From an uncultured Acidobacteriota bacterium (GTDB lineage: Bacteria; Acidobacteriota; Vicinamibacteria; Vicinamibacterales; UBA2999), in NCBI GenBank assembly GCA_963786365.1, contig CAWAYR010000022.1, positions 453,435-517,434 of the forward strand: DNA of 64,000 nucleotides. Reading direction: 5' to 3'. This document shows, piece by piece, positions 62,764 through 64,000 of this stretch (positions are counted from its first letter, which is position 1; every line of letters begins with the position of its first letter). The position numbers and the translations under genes were made by a program. The notes under the pieces are model-generated. The model did not search any database. It was given only the letters and a program-made list of their open reading frames with translations, and was not told the origin of the DNA.

Positions 62764-64000
62764 CGCCGCTGCGCCGCTGCGGCGTGGCGGTGGCCACCGT
62801 CACCCTCGCCGCCGTCGTCGGCGAAGTGCTGGAGCGAGCGCTCCACATCGGCCGCCTGCCGTACGCGCTGTTCCTGCCGGCGGTGCTGGCGACGACGGTC
62901 GTGGCCGGCAAGTGGCCGGCCATCCTGGCCACCGCTCTGGGCGCGGTCGCTGGCGAGATCGCCGTCGTGCACTCCCATGTGCCGTCGCCGGGTCTCACCG
63001 CCGAACTCACCGGCCTGGTGCTCTACAGCATCGTCGGCCTCGGGCTGGCCGTGATCGCCGGCCGGCTGGCGCGCGCCCGCAGCGAGGCCGACGCCGCCGC
63101 GGCCGAGGCGACGCGCCGAGCCGACGAGCTGGTGGCGGCGCGCGAGTCGGTCGATCGGCTGGCCCGCGACGCGCAACGCCGGGCCCGCGACTTCTCGACG
63201 CTCTTCGAGGAGGCGCCAATCGGCATCGGCATCGCCGAGGACGTCGACTGCCGGCGCATCGTCCCGAACCGCGCCTTCGCCGAGATGCTCGGCGTCCCTC
63301 CTGGTCAGAACATCTCGCAGACCGCGGCGTTGTCGGAGCGGCTTCCGCTGCGGATCACCGCGCCCGATGGCACGCCCATTCCCGACGAGGAACTGGCGCT
63401 GCAGCGCGCCGCCCGCACCGGGCTGCCGGTGCGCGCGGTCGACGTCGACGTCATTCGCCCTGACGGCGCCCGCATCTCGCTGCTCGAGTTCGCCGCGCCG
63501 CTGCTCGACAACGACGGCAAGCCGCGCGGGGCGATCGGCGCGTTCCTCGACGTCAGCAGCCGGCGGCGGGCGTCGGAGGAGCAGCGCTTCCTGGCCGAGG
63601 CGACGCGGCTGCTGAACGACTCGCTCGACTACCAGGACACGCTCGCGAAGCTGGTGCGACTGGCGGTGCCACAGCAGGCCGACTACTCGCTGCTCGACGT
63701 GCTCGACGATCACGGCGAGGTCGTGCGCGTCGGGCTGACGCATCGCGACCCGGTCAAGGAGGCGGCCCTCACCCAGACACTGGTGATGACCCCGGCCGGT
63801 CAGGGTATCCGCGGACTGCGCGGCCTGCTGAACCTGGTGAAGGCCGGCCGACCGGTGCTGTGGGCCGACGTCACGCGCGAGAGCCTCGAGCGGCAGGGGT
63901 TGCGCGAGGATCAGATCGAGTTCGTCCTCTCGGTGGAGCGTGAGCTCGTGCGCGATGGTGCCGCTCGTGCTCCGCGACCGGGTCATCGGGGCGTTCGCGT
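62760..64000 (+). CDS. Membrane PAS-GAF sensor protein, N-terminal part (runs off the window end); may be fused to the preceding ORF
   Basis: The open frame has no stop before 64000, so it is absent from the ORF track. TM block 'VATVTLAAVVGEVLERAL..LFLPAVLATTVVAGKWPAILATALGAVAG', coiled coil, PAS 'LFEEAPIGIGIAEDVDCRRIVPN', GAF start 'LAEATRLLNDSLDYQDTLAKLVRLAV'. A slip near 63945 restores 'SCAMVPLVLRDRVIGAF'. Confidence 0.6.
   Translation, partial: MTPLRRCGVAVATVTLAAVVGEVLERALHIGRLPYALFLPAVLATTVVAGKWPAILATALGAVAGEIAVVHSHVPSPGLTAELTGLVLYSIVGLGLAVIAGRLARARSEADAAAAEATRRADELVAARESVDRLARDAQRRARDFSTLFEEAPIGIGIAEDVDCRRIVPNRAFAEMLGVPPGQNISQTAALSERLPLRITAPDGTPIPDEELALQRAARTGLPVRAVDVDVIRPDGARISLLEFAAPLLDNDGKPRGAIGAFLDVSSRRRASEEQRFLAEATRLLNDSLDYQDTLAKLVRLAVPQQADYSLLDVLDDHGEVVRVGLTHRDPVKEAALTQTLVMTPAGQGIRGLRGLLNLVKAGRPVLWADVTRESLERQGLREDQIEFVLSVERELVRDGAARAPRPGHRGVR

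Noticed and set aside
61620-63986. 788-aa minus-strand ORF
   Set aside because: Same shadow-ORF composition. The opposite strand carries recognisable ATP-grasp-like, TM, PAS and GAF sequence.

Overview
High-GC (about 70% by eye) bacterial chromosomal window. The gene content looks like a soil Acidobacteriota-, Gemmatimonadota- or Planctomycetota-like organism: a PSCyt1-DUF1549-DUF1553/DUF1501 pair, two DUF5916 genes, DUF4331+TPR and a bbp2-type porin. This taxonomic guess is low confidence. I count about 55 protein genes. I saw no rRNA, tRNA, CRISPR array, transposase or integrase. Main blocks, in order: (1) SDR / M28 peptidase / Na-solute symporter; (2) ArsR-SRPBCC and YCII-ECF sigma pairs; (3) DUF5916, DUF4331+TPR; (4) a lower-GC spacer with a decayed lipoprotein gene; (5) rhodanese+SufE; (6) three tandem paralogues of a secreted FN3-repeat protein with an unrecognised His/Cys-rich C-terminal domain; (7) PEBP, a gluconate-DH-like subunit + GMC oxidoreductase, an amidohydrolase; (8) a long kdp super-cluster: split KdpD, KdpE, porin, kdpF-A-C-B, a 4HB lipoprotein; (9) DUF6265, AraC, a VanX-like dipeptidase; (10) a wHTH-FHA regulator, a membrane Ser/Thr kinase, a small protein with a Gly-Gly tail, and a C39-like peptidase-domain protein; (11) a second DUF5916; (12) two esterases, a stand-alone S74 tail-fibre-chaperone gene, and a translationally coupled ATP-grasp / GCS2 ligase / hybrid PAS kinase / methyltransferase operon; (13) PQQ-type sugar dehydrogenase / DUF1501 / PSCyt1-DUF1549-DUF1553; (14) epimerase, M29 aminopeptidase, a PAS-GAF sensor. 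About half of the genes have their frame broken by single-base indels: roughly 60 breaks plus one in-frame TAG. I type these literally as 'pseudogene', but the density and their presence in kdpFABC suggest uncorrected assembly error, not decay. Best novelty candidates: the kinase/FHA + GG-tailed small protein + C39-like module (38.6-43.7 kb); the triplicated FN3/His-Cys-rich secreted family (15.3-21.4 kb); the ligase-ligase-sensor-methyltransferase operon (48.6-53.5 kb); and a family of intergenic GGGGCTCGGGG G-tract elements. Coordinates of reconstructed genes and frame breaks are approximate (a few nt to about 20 nt).
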